The translations under genes and the position numbers were made by a program. The notes under the pieces were generated by a model. It saw only the letters and a program-made list of their open reading frames with translations, was not told the origin of the DNA and made no database searches. Of a stretch of 64,000 nucleotides of DNA, positions 63,281-64,000 are shown one piece after another. The stretch comes from Felis catus (taxonomy: Eukaryota). Within the stretch, counting starts at the first letter, position 1, and every line of letters starts with the position of its first letter. Location: the NCBI RefSeq assembly GCF_018350175.1, contig NC_058368.1, positions 231,758,001 through 231,822,000 on the forward strand. The letters run 5' to 3'.

Positions 63281-64000
63281 AAATACAAACATTAACCTTA
63301 TTTCTGCATTTGAGCCTTATTAATGTAAAACCATAAGCTTAAAACCTTAGCCTTTAATAACTTCTATGTAAATACTAAGGGAATGTTGCTCCAATTCAAT
63401 GATCAAGCTGCCTGATGTTTACATCGGAGTGATTATTACTAATCATTCGGATGCATCACCTTGTTTTACGTGATTTAGCAAGTGGAATGCAGGATGTCTT
63501 TGCAAGAGTTTGTTCCCCAAATAAGGAGCCCAATTATTCGTTGTAGGTACATCGACGGACTTTGGAAACGTCCACGTGCTGTGTCGTAGTAGCAGTGCGC
63601 TGCAAGAAAAAGAATCTGGATTCTGTAGAAGGCAGTGTTATAAAATGGAAAACTGCCCACCAGGAGGGAAGATTTCTGAACCAGTAAGTTTCGAAGAAGA
63701 GGACAAAGGGTCAGTCACCAGTTCAGGTTGAAGAGTCGGTGGTACAAACACACAACCAGCAGAAAGAAAAGGGGCAGGAGAAACCTTGGAGGGAACCTGG
63801 CATTGAAAGGGACTTGGAATCGAGAGAAAAAGAAGGTCTGGAGTGTCCGAGAAAAGAGGAAACGTGATAGCTAAGTATACAAAATACATTTTGGTCAAAC
63901 ACATCTGATAAGCATTATTTGGGTATACTTTGATTGTTGTTAAAGCTTATATTCTTTTGCCTTGTGCTCTCATCGGGCTGTCCTGCTTTTATAAGAGCAC

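Noticed and set aside
58000..64000. Search for SNORD123/SNHG18 or the SEMA5A first exon expected by synteny
   Set aside because: No CpG-island promoter or C/D-box snoRNA match seen; these probably lie beyond the window

Overview
This is mammalian DNA from a cat-family (felid) genome, identified by about 35 Can-SINE/SINEC_Fc copies, a young carnivore L1 3' end and Tigger1a_Car-like elements. The only credible protein-coding gene is the intact bitter taste receptor TAS2R1 (17060-17956, +, 298 aa, uninterrupted CDS). By recalled human synteny the right-hand side runs toward the SEMA5A/SNHG18 promoter, which is not visible here. The rest is intergenic: SINEs, old L1/L2/MIR fragments, MaLR/ERV solo LTRs, hAT and Tigger DNA transposons, and microsatellites. 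The other ORFs in the track look like repeat-derived or chance frames. I found no rRNA, tRNA gene, CRISPR array or new multi-gene system. The best leads are: a 3' splice acceptor directly in front of the TAS2R1 ATG; non-conservative, CpG-containing codons in conserved TAS2R motifs; a possible SINE-donated poly(A) signal; a TALE/homeobox motif cluster inside an 11-kb SINE-free zone; a twin-primed L1 with a large internal gap; the same L1-endonuclease site hit in two Tigger copies; and CpG gain in ancient repeats. Repeat family names come from recalled consensus sequences, not a database search. Boundaries of old repeats are approximate.
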